Assembly (NCBI GenBank): GCA_044221725.1
Contig: JBGAON010000003.1
Span: forward strand, 480,001 to 544,000
Direction: 5' to 3'
DNA length: 64,000 nt
Source: Elusimicrobiota bacterium
GTDB taxonomy: Bacteria > Elusimicrobiota > Elusimicrobia > F11
Shown here: positions 1-9,900 of the stretch, piece by piece
Position numbering within the stretch: the stretch's first letter is position 1
How the letters are laid out: the number at the start of each line of letters is the position of its first letter
Program-made: the position numbers and the translations under genes
Notes under the pieces: model-generated
What the model saw: only the letters and a program-made list of their open reading frames with translations
Told to the model about the DNA's origin: nothing
Databases searched by the model: none

Positions 1-871
1 CACTCCCGCTTCCAGCGCCATAACCGTTTCCGCCCGATCCAGCGGCGCCACTTCCGGAACCCGTGGATCCCGCCGGTCCACCGACCGAAGCGCCGCCCAT
101 CGCCAATCCTCCGCTCGAACCGCCGCCGTGCGACGAACTACTGCCCGAGAAGCCGCCGCTTGATGCGGATCCTTTCGGCGCAAAAGCCTTTGTCTGGAGT
201 GCCGGCCCGGATCCGGGCCCGCCGCTCAACGAGCGCACGGCTGAACTTGTTTTGTTTCCGGTCTCGACCGGAATCGCGTTCACGTTCACCAATTGATCTT
301 TCGCGTTCGAGTCGATGATCTTAAACGGCATATCTTTCTGCGCGACTTTGAATTTGTTTTCCTTGAGATTCGGTTCGGACTTTTGGAAATTTCCTTTCGA
401 AGGCTGAACCAGCACCTGCTGCGTTTGTCCTTTCGAAATATCGAGTTCGTCCTTCTTCGCAAGGCCGTCGAAACCTTTCTTTTGAAACGGTTTGTCCGTC
501 AAAGCGTCGGGTTTGTTCCAGGCCGGCTTGGCCGGTTCAACGGGAACCGCTGTTTGTTGGCCCATCGCGACTTCGGATTTCGCGCCCGGGCGTTCGCCCC
601 TCACCAACGATTTCACCTTCGAGAAGAAACTTTGTTTTGGTCCGGTTCCACCGCCGGCCGGCTCGTAGCTCGGGATGTCGGACCGGAAATCCACATTCAC
701 CAGCATATCACCCATTCCACCATTCCCACTTTCGGGCAGCGACAGCATTCCGCCTTTCCACAGCAACAACGTTGAGTGCACCGCGAGCGCGAATACCAAG
801 CACGCGAAATCACGGCCCGAGAAATCAAATTTTATGCCGGTGGATGGAATTCCGTTAATGGGTTGCATCAT
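1..871 (-). CDS. TonB/TolA-family energy transducer (partial, runs off left edge)
   Basis: Not in the ORF track; translated by hand. ATG ATG CAA CCC at 871 overlaps the exbD stop. N-terminal TM segment with His (FACLVFALAVHSTLLLW), then a Lys/Pro-rich and a Gly/Ser-rich linker, open to position 1. Lies directly downstream of exbB-exbD-exbD. Confidence 0.75.
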   Translation of the reverse strand, partial: MMQPINGIPSTGIKFDFSGRDFACLVFALAVHSTLLLWKGGMLSLPESGNGGMGDMLVNVDFRSDIPSYEPAGGGTGPKQSFFSKVKSLVRGERPGAKSEVAMGQQTAVPVEPAKPAWNKPDALTDKPFQKKGFDGLAKKDELDISKGQTQQVLVQPSKGNFQKSEPNLKENKFKVAQKDMPFKIIDSNAKDQLVNVNAIPVETGNKTSSAVRSLSGGPGSGPALQTKAFAPKGSASSGGFSGSSSSHGGGSSGGLAMGGASVGGPAGSTGSGSGAAGSGGNGYGAGSGS

Positions 872-1295
872 TGGTTGGCTCCAATTTCCCCGCTCGTTGC
901 GTGGTGGCAATGGCGACCGCGCGATTTCCGACATACCGGTTGACGGTGCGCAGGAAATTTTCGACGTTTCCGTACGGCAAATTCTTGTCGGCGCGCACGA
1001 TCACAACAATGTTTTCTTTTCTATCGCGCAGCTTTGCAACAAGTGCACGTGGCAAGTCTTTCCATTGAACGATATCCGTGTCGATCGAAATTGAACCATC
1101 GGATCCGAGACTTACGGTAATATTTTGATCTTTGGTTTCTTTGGTCATCGCTTCCGGCAACTCCACCGGAATATTCGGCAAATTCATGATGGGGCTCATC
1201 AACAGAAGAATCACGAGCAATACCAGCGTTACGTCGATCACCGGAATAATGTTGACGCCCGAAATGGCTTCTTCGCTTATGTTGACACGTTTCAC
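855..1295 (-). CDS. exbD: ExbD/TolR biopolymer transport protein
   Basis: INIIPVIDVTLVLLVILL TM motif with the conserved Asp; C-terminal VIVRADKNLPYG. Confidence 0.9.
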   Translation of the reverse strand: MKRVNISEEAISGVNIIPVIDVTLVLLVILLLMSPIMNLPNIPVELPEAMTKETKDQNITVSLGSDGSISIDTDIVQWKDLPRALVAKLRDRKENIVVIVRADKNLPYGNVENFLRTVNRYVGNRAVAIATTQRAGKLEPTNDATH

Positions 1296-1756
1296 GATGC
1301 GCCATCCTTGTGCGGCACGAGCGACAAACTTACGGCCCCGCTCTGACGCACGAGATCCAAAATGCGGACCACGTTCTGATATTTCACGTCGGGTTGTGAC
1401 GAAATTAAGACCGTTCGGTCTTTTCTACCACCGAGATTTTGCTGCAAAACGCGGAACAATTCGTATTCGGTAGCGATGGCCTGACTATTAACGGTGAATC
1501 CATTGCTTTTAATATCCACGAAGATCGGTTTCTCTGAAATTGTGGAACTGGACTTTGAAGCGACGGCTTGTGCGGCTTGAACCTGAATCATTGATTGAAG
1601 CGCCATCGGAGAAATGACCATCAATATGATCAGCAATACCAAGGTCACGTCCGCCAATGGGACGATGTTGACCTCGTTTAATTCGCCGTCTTCTTGGTTA
1701 GCGGAGCTTTGCACGGATTTCGCTCGGTTTCGGCTGCGCTGGCTTGTCGCCCGCAT
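1292..1756 (-). CDS. exbD: ExbD/TolR biopolymer transport protein (second paralog)
   Basis: EVNIVPLADVTLVLLIILMV motif; VLISSQPDVKYQNVVRILD. Confidence 0.9.
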   Translation of the reverse strand: MRATSQRSRNRAKSVQSSANQEDGELNEVNIVPLADVTLVLLIILMVISPMALQSMIQVQAAQAVASKSSSTISEKPIFVDIKSNGFTVNSQAIATEYELFRVLQQNLGGRKDRTVLISSQPDVKYQNVVRILDLVRQSGAVSLSLVPHKDGAS

Positions 1757-2378
1757 CTTCGCCGCCGTAGATTTGAATAATCAGTTCGTGCGCCGCGTTG
1801 TTCAAACGAACACCAATGCCGCGCATCTTGATGGTGAAGTAGTTGTAGAAAAGAGCTGCAGGAACGGCGACGATAATGCCGGCCGCCGTGGAAACAAGCG
1901 CTTCCGATATACCCGCCGCGACGATGTTTGCGCCACCCGATCCCGAACGTCCCAAATCGGCGAACGCTTGCATAATTCCGGTGACGGTTCCCAAAAGGCC
2001 AACAAGAGGCGAGATAAAAGACAGAGTTGAAAAGAGTCCAAGGCGTTTCCGCAGTCTTTCGATTTGGCTTTCTTTCGCGATTTGAACGAGATCTTCGTTA
2101 TCAGCGCGGGATAGATGCGTCGAGCTGATGGCAACCAAGAACGTTTGTGCAAAAACATTGTTCGACTGTGCGCACAGGTTTCGTGCGTCGTGCAAGCGGC
2201 CCGAGGCCACGCTGTTCTTCACGCGGTGCCAAAACTCTTCGCTCCACCCGGTGTGAGCCATGAAAAACCAGAGGCGTTCCAGCAAAAATGTCATCAGCAA
2301 CACCGAGAAGAAAAGAAGTGTTGTGATGATCGCTGGATTTACTTTCAATATTCCCATGAATCCCAATTCTTTTAACAT
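1698..2378 (-). CDS. exbB: ExbB/TolQ/MotA proton channel protein
   Basis: SPLVGLLGTVTGIMQAF and GISEALVSTAAGIIVAVPA signature; three hydrophobic segments; GGAGG RBS upstream. Confidence 0.92.
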   Translation of the reverse strand: MLKELGFMGILKVNPAIITTLLFFSVLLMTFLLERLWFFMAHTGWSEEFWHRVKNSVASGRLHDARNLCAQSNNVFAQTFLVAISSTHLSRADNEDLVQIAKESQIERLRKRLGLFSTLSFISPLVGLLGTVTGIMQAFADLGRSGSGGANIVAAGISEALVSTAAGIIVAVPAALFYNYFTIKMRGIGVRLNNAAHELIIQIYGGEDAGDKPAQPKPSEIRAKLR

Positions 2379-2404
2379 GTTGTTCCCTCCAGTTTTTTTC
2401 GAAA

Positions 2405-5386
2405 TTATTTGGCTTCGGATCGCAGGGTCTTCGCGCGATCGATCGCCGCTTGTTTCCAGTCCGGGTTTGAGCTGTTGCTCGCTATGTCTTCGTACACCGA
2501 TATGGAATCATCAACTTTGCCAAGTTCCTGATACAGTTCCGCGAGAGTGACCATCCCCGTCAGTCGCACCTCGTTCGAGCGTGGACCTTTCGCGCGGAGT
2601 TTTTCGTACATCGCGAGTTCTTGGTTCGGCATCTTCATGATCCGGTAAAGTTTTGCTTGAGCGACATACGAAGTGAACGATTCGTCGGCGTCGTCGGGAA
2701 TCATCTGGTAACTCTTTAGCGCCACTTCATAATTTTTCATTTCCTCGTTCGCGGCGCCCATGTCGAGAAGTACCTTGTTCCGTTGGGGATCGTTAGGAAA
2801 GCGTTCCAGGAAGCGTTGTTGCGCGGCGAGGGCTTGGGCCGGTTGATTCATCTTTTTGTAGCAAAGAGGAATGTTAACGAGAGCGTCACGCGCCAATCCA
2901 CCGTTGGGATCGGCTTCGAGCGTGTCGTTAAACGTAATCACCGCTTCGCGATAGTTCTCAACCTGGAAGTAGCTCACGCCCAAACGGAACAGCGCTTGCA
3001 CGCGGTTCGGACTGTCCGGGAAATTTAGCACGAAGTTTTTGTAAGCGGTAACCGCGTTCGGGTATTCTTCGAGAGCGAAGTGCGACTCGGCCATATAATA
3101 ATAGGACTGTGCCGCTTGTTTTGATTCCGGAAATTCTCCAACGAGCTTGCGGAAATATTCAAGCGCTTGTTTGTATTGCTTGTTGTTGAAAGCATCGGCA
3201 CCCGATTGCCAATAAATGTCGGCCGTGAGTTTGCTCTTTGGGAATTTTTCGGTCAAGCTCGCGAGATCACCCGATCCTTTGGCTTCGCGGTAATGCGCCA
3301 TTTGCAAAAGTTCAAGCACGTCCTTTGCTTTCGGATCTTTCGGATAATTGTTCAAGAATTCTTGCAGTCGTTTGGATGCCAATTCGAACTGGCCCTGGTT
3401 GTAATAGCACTGCGCAATTTGAATGCGCGCGTCTTTCACGTTTTCGGATTGCGGATATTTGTCGATCAACAATTGGAATTGTTTGCCGGCCTCGTCGTAT
3501 TTTCCAAGACCGAATTGGGTTTTCGCGATTTCGTACACCGCTTTTGGCGCGAGCGGATGGTTCGAGTAGTTGGTCGCCAGTTTCTGCCAGCGCGCAATTG
3601 CTTCGGTGTAATATTCGAGACGATAGAAGCTTTGCCCGCCCTGAAATAACGCGTCGGGAACCATCGGATCGTCCGGGTAACGGTTCACGAACTCGTCAAA
3701 ATACCCCATCGCCTTGTCGTACTTCTTTTGCGTAAAAAGAACTTGAGCGGTATCCATGAGCACGGATTTCTTAACTTCTTTGCTCTTGAGATTCTCCGCC
3801 ATCGCCAACGCCCGCTCGTGCGCGACACCGGCTTCGTCAAATTGTCCTTTTCGCGCCAACGAAGCGGCGACGCCGAGCATCGCGTAGGCCAGCTTCGGCG
3901 TATCTTTATAATTGTCGACGATCAGTTGATAGTTGCGTTGCGCGGCATCAAATTGATTGAGTGCGTAGTAGGCTTCGGCCACCCACAAATAAGTTTCGGC
4001 CTGCCAACGCGTGGGGCTTACGGGCGCTACTTTTAATTGCGAGTTGAGAGACGTCACAATCTCCGCCAGCTGGTTGTTTTGGAAATAAGACGTCCCCATC
4101 AAGTAGAGTGCTTTTTCCGAATGGATTGAATTTCCAAACTGATCCAAAACGATTTGATACTCGGCGTTCGCTTCCACGAATTTCTTCATGCGTTGCAGGC
4201 AGATTCCCTTGAGAAGGTGGGTTTTGGCAGCCAGTTCTCCCCACGGATATTCTTTGAGAAATTTCTCCGCGCGCGCAACGGCCGTATCGTCTTGTTTCTG
4301 CTCGGCCATGCACCAAACAATCTTGTATTGCGAATCCATGCGCAGTTCGTGCGCTTCAGAAATTTGGCTGAAGAACGAAATCGCTTTCCCGTAGTCGCCG
4401 AGGCGCAGCGCCATTTCTCCGAGCATGTAGATGCCGTACGGCAAATTTACATCGTCTTCGAACCCTCTGACGAGTTCTTCCCACTTAAGACCGGCTTCCT
4501 GAAAACGGCCCAGATGAAATTGAATGCACGCCATCCGGTGCAACGCGTACGGGCGAAGTGGGCTCAATTTGAATTTGTCGTAGACCTTGCGAAAGCTGTC
4601 ATAAGCCAAATTCAGTTCGTTTACTTTGTAATAGGCTTCGGCCATCTGGAGTTGGGCTTTGTCGGCCCAGAATCCGGTCGGATCTTCCTCATAAACGTCC
4701 TTAAACATTTGGGACGCCGCAATTGTTTGTCCAAGCATGCGCAAAACGACGCCATGATAATAACGGGTCCCCAAATCGTCTTTAATCAGTGAAAACATAT
4801 CGAGCGCGTCTTGGAGTCGGTTGCGCTCCATGTACAATAGGCCCAGCGGTGTGACCGCGGCCGGATTTGATTTGTACTTCGGGTACGATTGCAGAAGTTC
4901 GACCAGCATGTTTTCGGCTTTTTCATGGCTGTTTAAAGCGATCAGCGATAACGCCCAGCCAAGCAATGCTTCGGATCGCAAAATCTTCGGTGCTTTGTTT
5001 TTGACGACCGTGAAGTGATCGATCGCGTTCAAATACTTTTTCATGTTGAATTCGCAATGACCAAGTCGCAACTCCGCGTTCATCGCTTCGTAGGTGCCGG
5101 AGTATTTTTTCGTAACAACTGTATATTCGTCAGCGGCTTCCGGATATTTCTTCAGGGAAAATTTTATTTCGCCGAGCGCGAAACGCGCTTGTGCCGCGAG
5201 ACGGTGGCCCGGGAATGTTTTTAAGAAGCCTTCGTATTCTTGCGCAGCGCTATCGAGGCGACCATTTTGGAAAGCAAGAGAGGCGATTTTGAATTGTTGG
5301 AGAGGATCAACCGAAACTGCAAAAGATGGTACGGCGCTATTTGCCACGAGGCAAACGATGCCTAAGAGCTGAGCGAGTTGTTTCAT
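2405..5386 (-). CDS. Large secreted tetratricopeptide-repeat protein (CpoB/BamD-like TPR pairs)
   Basis: Signal peptide followed by a continuous array of TPR helices with recurring '(Y/F)P.S..A..A.Y..G' turns over ~990 aa. Confidence 0.88.
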   Translation of the reverse strand: MKQLAQLLGIVCLVANSAVPSFAVSVDPLQQFKIASLAFQNGRLDSAAQEYEGFLKTFPGHRLAAQARFALGEIKFSLKKYPEAADEYTVVTKKYSGTYEAMNAELRLGHCEFNMKKYLNAIDHFTVVKNKAPKILRSEALLGWALSLIALNSHEKAENMLVELLQSYPKYKSNPAAVTPLGLLYMERNRLQDALDMFSLIKDDLGTRYYHGVVLRMLGQTIAASQMFKDVYEEDPTGFWADKAQLQMAEAYYKVNELNLAYDSFRKVYDKFKLSPLRPYALHRMACIQFHLGRFQEAGLKWEELVRGFEDDVNLPYGIYMLGEMALRLGDYGKAISFFSQISEAHELRMDSQYKIVWCMAEQKQDDTAVARAEKFLKEYPWGELAAKTHLLKGICLQRMKKFVEANAEYQIVLDQFGNSIHSEKALYLMGTSYFQNNQLAEIVTSLNSQLKVAPVSPTRWQAETYLWVAEAYYALNQFDAAQRNYQLIVDNYKDTPKLAYAMLGVAASLARKGQFDEAGVAHERALAMAENLKSKEVKKSVLMDTAQVLFTQKKYDKAMGYFDEFVNRYPDDPMVPDALFQGGQSFYRLEYYTEAIARWQKLATNYSNHPLAPKAVYEIAKTQFGLGKYDEAGKQFQLLIDKYPQSENVKDARIQIAQCYYNQGQFELASKRLQEFLNNYPKDPKAKDVLELLQMAHYREAKGSGDLASLTEKFPKSKLTADIYWQSGADAFNNKQYKQALEYFRKLVGEFPESKQAAQSYYYMAESHFALEEYPNAVTAYKNFVLNFPDSPNRVQALFRLGVSYFQVENYREAVITFNDTLEADPNGGLARDALVNIPLCYKKMNQPAQALAAQQRFLERFPNDPQRNKVLLDMGAANEEMKNYEVALKSYQMIPDDADESFTSYVAQAKLYRIMKMPNQELAMYEKLRAKGPRSNEVRLTGMVTLAELYQELGKVDDSISVYEDIASNSSNPDWKQAAIDRAKTLRSEAK

Positions 5387-5426
5387 GTTTTCTGTCCCCT
5401 CTTCTTCAATACTGCGACAGTACGGC

Positions 5427-6917
5427 TTACTTCGTAGGTTCGGTTACCTCGGGCTGCGCTTCCGCGGGTTGCGTCGCTTCAGCGGGCGCGGCTTCTGGTT
5501 GCGTTCCTACACTGCTATTGTCTTGCTTGGCCGGTGTTTCGACCGGAGCTGAAATTGGTGTTGCGCTCATCGCTTTTTCAGCGGCCGCATCTTCTTTGGT
5601 TTTTGCGGTCAGTTCTGTTTCACGCGCGCCGTTCAGTTGAAGGCTCATATCGATCACTTCTTTGCGATCGTGATCTGGCAACGCGAGTTTCAGGTCGCCG
5701 TCGTTCTCCCATGTCTTTCCGTTCTTGTAATTGACTTGGAAGTGATAGGCATACATTCCGTCAACAACCGGTTCGCCGATCGCGTTTTTCGCGTCCCAAA
5801 CAATTTTCTCTGGCGGACGCAAGTCGCCTTCCAGGCGGCGCACTTCTTTGCCTTCGGCGTTGTTGATGGAGAGACTCCAACGAGCGACCGTTTGGGCTGG
5901 CACGTCGGTCTTAAACGCTACCTGGTTTTCAAAACCACTCAACGGATACACCGCACGACCCTCTTTCATTGGAGGTTCTATGCCCGTTTTATAAATGTTG
6001 TGCCATGCCCACGTGATGGACACTTTATTAAAGGCTCCAAGATCGGTATCGCTAAACGCATAGTCAATTCTGAACTTTTTGATATTCGCTCCTACACCAA
6101 GAGTGTAACTGCGATTCGCGTTGTAGCCAGTCCTTAACGAAAAAAATCTGTTCACGGCCCATTCGGCACCGGCGGCGTACTGGTTATCTTCATGACTTAC
6201 TCTGCTCATGTCGAAGGTCAGCGTGAGTCGATTTCGGAAAACGTCCGTGGCCGCTCCAAATCGGGTCACCGGGCGAAATACATCTTCTTCGGTTTGCAGT
6301 TTGATGCCCGGCTCGTTGAAATTCGCGAACATCGCGCCAACGCTCAAAAACCGAAACGGTTTGTACATGAAGCCCGCGTCCATCGCGAGCGTGTTGCCAG
6401 AAAGTCCACCCACCTTTTGTTGAATGAATTTCGCGTTCACGCCCGCGGAAATACGCTGCGTGAGCTTGTGCGCATACGAGGCCAGCACCGCATTGTTGCT
6501 CAAAGCCCCGTTCGAATCGGTTTCATTGTTGAAATTGTCGCGCAACGAGTATCCGTTCGAGAGCAACATTGCATCGGACAACGCCAATGCACCCCATTTA
6601 TCGCCCAGGGGATTGGCTGTCGCAAAATAGTTGTAGCTCGAATCCAAATAAAGGGGAGCGTGCATCAGCATCAGTTGGTGTTCGTCCATATACGCTAGAC
6701 CGGCGGGATTGAAGTAAGGGGCGGACGCGTCATCGGCCAAACCCGTGAAAGCTCCGCCCATCGCCAACGAACGAGCACCCGCACCAATGTTGAAAAGGTC
6801 GGAGGCTTGGCCATAGGTTGCGGCCGCGTTTAGAGAGCTTAGATGGCTGGCTAATGTCAGCACAATCAAGCTTGCTTTTAGCACTGTTTTTGGCGTTAGG
6901 GATTTCATTGCGTTCAC
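5427..6917 (-). CDS. PorV/PorQ (UPF0164)-family outer-membrane beta-barrel with C-terminal FlgD-Ig-like domain and Ala/Pro/Glu/Thr tail
   Basis: GAGARSLAMGGAFTGLADDASAPYFNPAGL N-terminal signature; amphipathic strands ending LRTGY...RIDYAF; then INNAEGKEVRRL...IVWDAKNAIGEPVVDGMY. Confidence 0.85.
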   Translation of the reverse strand: MNAMKSLTPKTVLKASLIVLTLASHLSSLNAAATYGQASDLFNIGAGARSLAMGGAFTGLADDASAPYFNPAGLAYMDEHQLMLMHAPLYLDSSYNYFATANPLGDKWGALALSDAMLLSNGYSLRDNFNNETDSNGALSNNAVLASYAHKLTQRISAGVNAKFIQQKVGGLSGNTLAMDAGFMYKPFRFLSVGAMFANFNEPGIKLQTEEDVFRPVTRFGAATDVFRNRLTLTFDMSRVSHEDNQYAAGAEWAVNRFFSLRTGYNANRSYTLGVGANIKKFRIDYAFSDTDLGAFNKVSITWAWHNIYKTGIEPPMKEGRAVYPLSGFENQVAFKTDVPAQTVARWSLSINNAEGKEVRRLEGDLRPPEKIVWDAKNAIGEPVVDGMYAYHFQVNYKNGKTWENDGDLKLALPDHDRKEVIDMSLQLNGARETELTAKTKEDAAAEKAMSATPISAPVETPAKQDNSSVGTQPEAAPAEATQPAEAQPEVTEPTK

Positions 6918-6920
6918 CTA

Positions 6921-9900
6921 TTATTTCGCCACCAAAATCTTCGTTTTCATCCTTTGACCGGTGGCACCGACTTTAACGACCACTACATATCCTCCATTTG
7001 CAACGGTCGTGCCGTCATCGTTAATACCGCGCCAAATCACACGGTTATCCGTGCGTGCTTCGCCACCTTGCTGACCAGCATCAATTGTCTGGTGCCAAAC
7101 TTTTTGACCAAACAAGTCATAGATGTCCACGTCCACGCTGGACGCCGATGCCAACGGATACTGAATCGTTATGAAGTTGTCCCCGTTCGAACTCTTCGGA
7201 TTAAACGGACTCGGGTATCCGACGAGCTTGTCCGATAGTTGATAGGTAAGAATGTCGAGTGTGTGCGGCCCACCGTTCGTAACCAACTCACTTACTTTGT
7301 TCACACAGGTCGGATCGACATTCGGGTAGCACACGTCGGAATACCAACGGAAATCGTATGTCTTTGTGGTCGAGAAGCCTGTTGCACCGCTGCTCGGGTT
7401 GTAGGTCTGATACGGGCCACCATCAAGGCTGTAATAGGTGGACACAACACCACCGGCGCTCACCTGCAAACCCGTGAGATCGATAAACCAAGGCGTGTTC
7501 ACGGGGATGCGATTTCCGCCCAAGGTCAACGCACGTCCCGGGCCACCGTTGATACCGAGAATGTTCACCTTAAATTCTTTCGCGAATCCACGATTCGGAC
7601 GATCCAAATCAAGAATGCGAACCGTGATGAGCCCGTTCGCGTTCGGCAAGGCGCTGAAGGTCACTTTCAGTTCGCCGTTCGCATCGGTAAGCGCCACGAG
7701 TTCGTTGCTTTCGCTGTTCATCCTCAACTGACCAGGAATGTCCGCCGATAGCGAAACCTTCTGGTTTGGAATGAGGTTTCCGAACGTGTCCTTGAAGGTC
7801 AGCGTCTCGTCGTCACTCGTTCCGGCCAAAAACTGAATCGGGTCTTTAACGTCAACGGTGACGAGTGCGCCCGGATTGATTTTGATGGCGGCTCCCGAAA
7901 AATAGTATTGCTGAGTCGGAACCGGTGGTGGGTCAAAAACCGTGGTGTTGTCGGCCAAGCGCAAATAGATCGTTTCAGCGCGATTGTATGTGGCGGACAC
8001 CGTGATTTTTCCGTTCACGACGTTCACGAGGTTTGGCACGAACGTGCCGCCCGCTGGAAGTCCCGACACCGACACAAACGCTTCGAGCGGAAGGCCCGTG
8101 CGATTCATGTTTTTGATTTCGGTTCCGGTGTCGGAATCGATCGCTTGGATCGTAAAGTTAAAAAGTTTGTTCACTTCGCTTTCCGCCGGAATATCGCGGA
8201 ACTGATAGGTGACCGCGCGCGGAATAAAACTGATCACATTGCTCACGCTTTCGTTGTCTCCGGTCAAATCTTTCACGCGCAAACGAATGCCTTCCGCAAT
8301 CGTGTACCGTTGATTTGTAATGGTCACGTTGCCCGCGACAAGGTTGGCTGAAGTGACATCCAATGTTCCGGTCGCTTTCGACCCGTCCACTTGCAGCGCT
8401 TCAATCGTGATGGGGCCAAAGGCCGGAACCACCGCTCCAGCACTGTTGCGCAACGAAATGGTCATGCTGAAGGCTTGGCCGGTAAACTGTGTGGCTGGCA
8501 CAGCGATATCGAAGAAAGTTCCGATGACAGGAACGTCGACTTTTTGCGATACGATCGTTCCGTTGTTGTCGTCGCGAACGATGACTGGAATCGTGCCTGC
8601 TTTATTGAATGTAATGGCGGTCGCAGTTTGACCGCCCGCCAGCGGAGCATCCTGCGGGACTGGCGCATTTAAGAATGCGAGCGCGTCCGTCGATTCAAAA
8701 TGGATTTTCCCACCGTTGAACGAATCGACGGTGTTCGCGAATTGGTCGGTTCCTTTCACTTGGAACACCACCGACAGCTTTCGGTCTTGCTGATTTGGCG
8801 TGCCAGTTTTTCCGGTCGGGTTTGCCGTTACCCCCGGCGTGTGAGTCTCGCCGGGCGCGATGATAATGAGTTTTTTGTAGGAATCCGGACTCAATGTGAT
8901 TGCGTTGCTGTTCCGAGGAACAATTGTCCATCCCGCCAAATTAAGATTCGATGCTTTCAGTACGATCGCTTCGGCTTTTGTGTAAGCGACGTCGATCGCG
9001 CAAATACCGTTCACGAGGCTCGCGCTTGAGACGGACAACGTTCCGTCTGCCGTCGGAAAAAGAAGTGATGTCGCTTCCAATCCGACCGTGTGGTTGTAAA
9101 GTGGGCTTTTGATCAGCGTGTCGGTGCTTCGGTCGCGCAGTTCGATGCGTGCACGGAATGTGCTCGGTGGGCCTACGATACCGGTGGCCGGGACAGAGAC
9201 GGTGTATTTTAGGCCGCTCGGTTGAACATCGATAAGGTTTGAGAACGCGATACGACCGAAGTTGTCACGGACTTTGATTTTAATTCCCTCTACATACTGG
9301 TAGTTCAGATCATTAATTACGACGACGCCGTTGTTCGTCACAAACTGGCGTTCGCTTCCATCGGGTGTGAACTGCCCTGTTGCTGGCGTACCGTCGGGCA
9401 ACACCGCGCTCAGGAAGACCGTTTGGCTGTATCCGTTCACCGGAATTCCATTCATCTGGAGCGAAATGGTAACAGCACCGAAATTTGAGCCCGCGACCGC
9501 TGTCGCCGGAGATTGAATGTTGTAGGTCGGGCCCGGAACGACGTGGATCGTCACTTGTCCGAACGTCTTCGTGAGATCGTTCTGGTCAAGAGCTTTAAGC
9601 GTGTAAAAGCCTTCGCTACCGAACAGGACGCTGCGCGTGTGGGTTCCGGTTTGGATCGTGCGAGGCGTGGGGCCGTTCTGCGTGTTATTGGGCGGTAAAT
9701 AAATTGTGTTTGTTGGTGACGAAACGAACAGAACATCACCGCCGGAAAATTGCACCGGGTTGTAATAGTTATCGACGGAGAGAATGGTCACGGTGTTTGC
9801 CACGCTTACCATTTGATCGGATGGCGGGAACCCCGCTTTCTTTCCGCCGGTCGCTTCGTTTCCCGGGTCCGGCAATTCGCCGGGCGCGATAATTTGCAAG

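Noticed and set aside
63..1094. Plus-strand ORFs of 73-160 aa at the left edge, and the many other short antisense or off-frame ORFs in the track
   Set aside because: They are shadows of well-supported genes on the other strand or frame, with no motifs or RBS.
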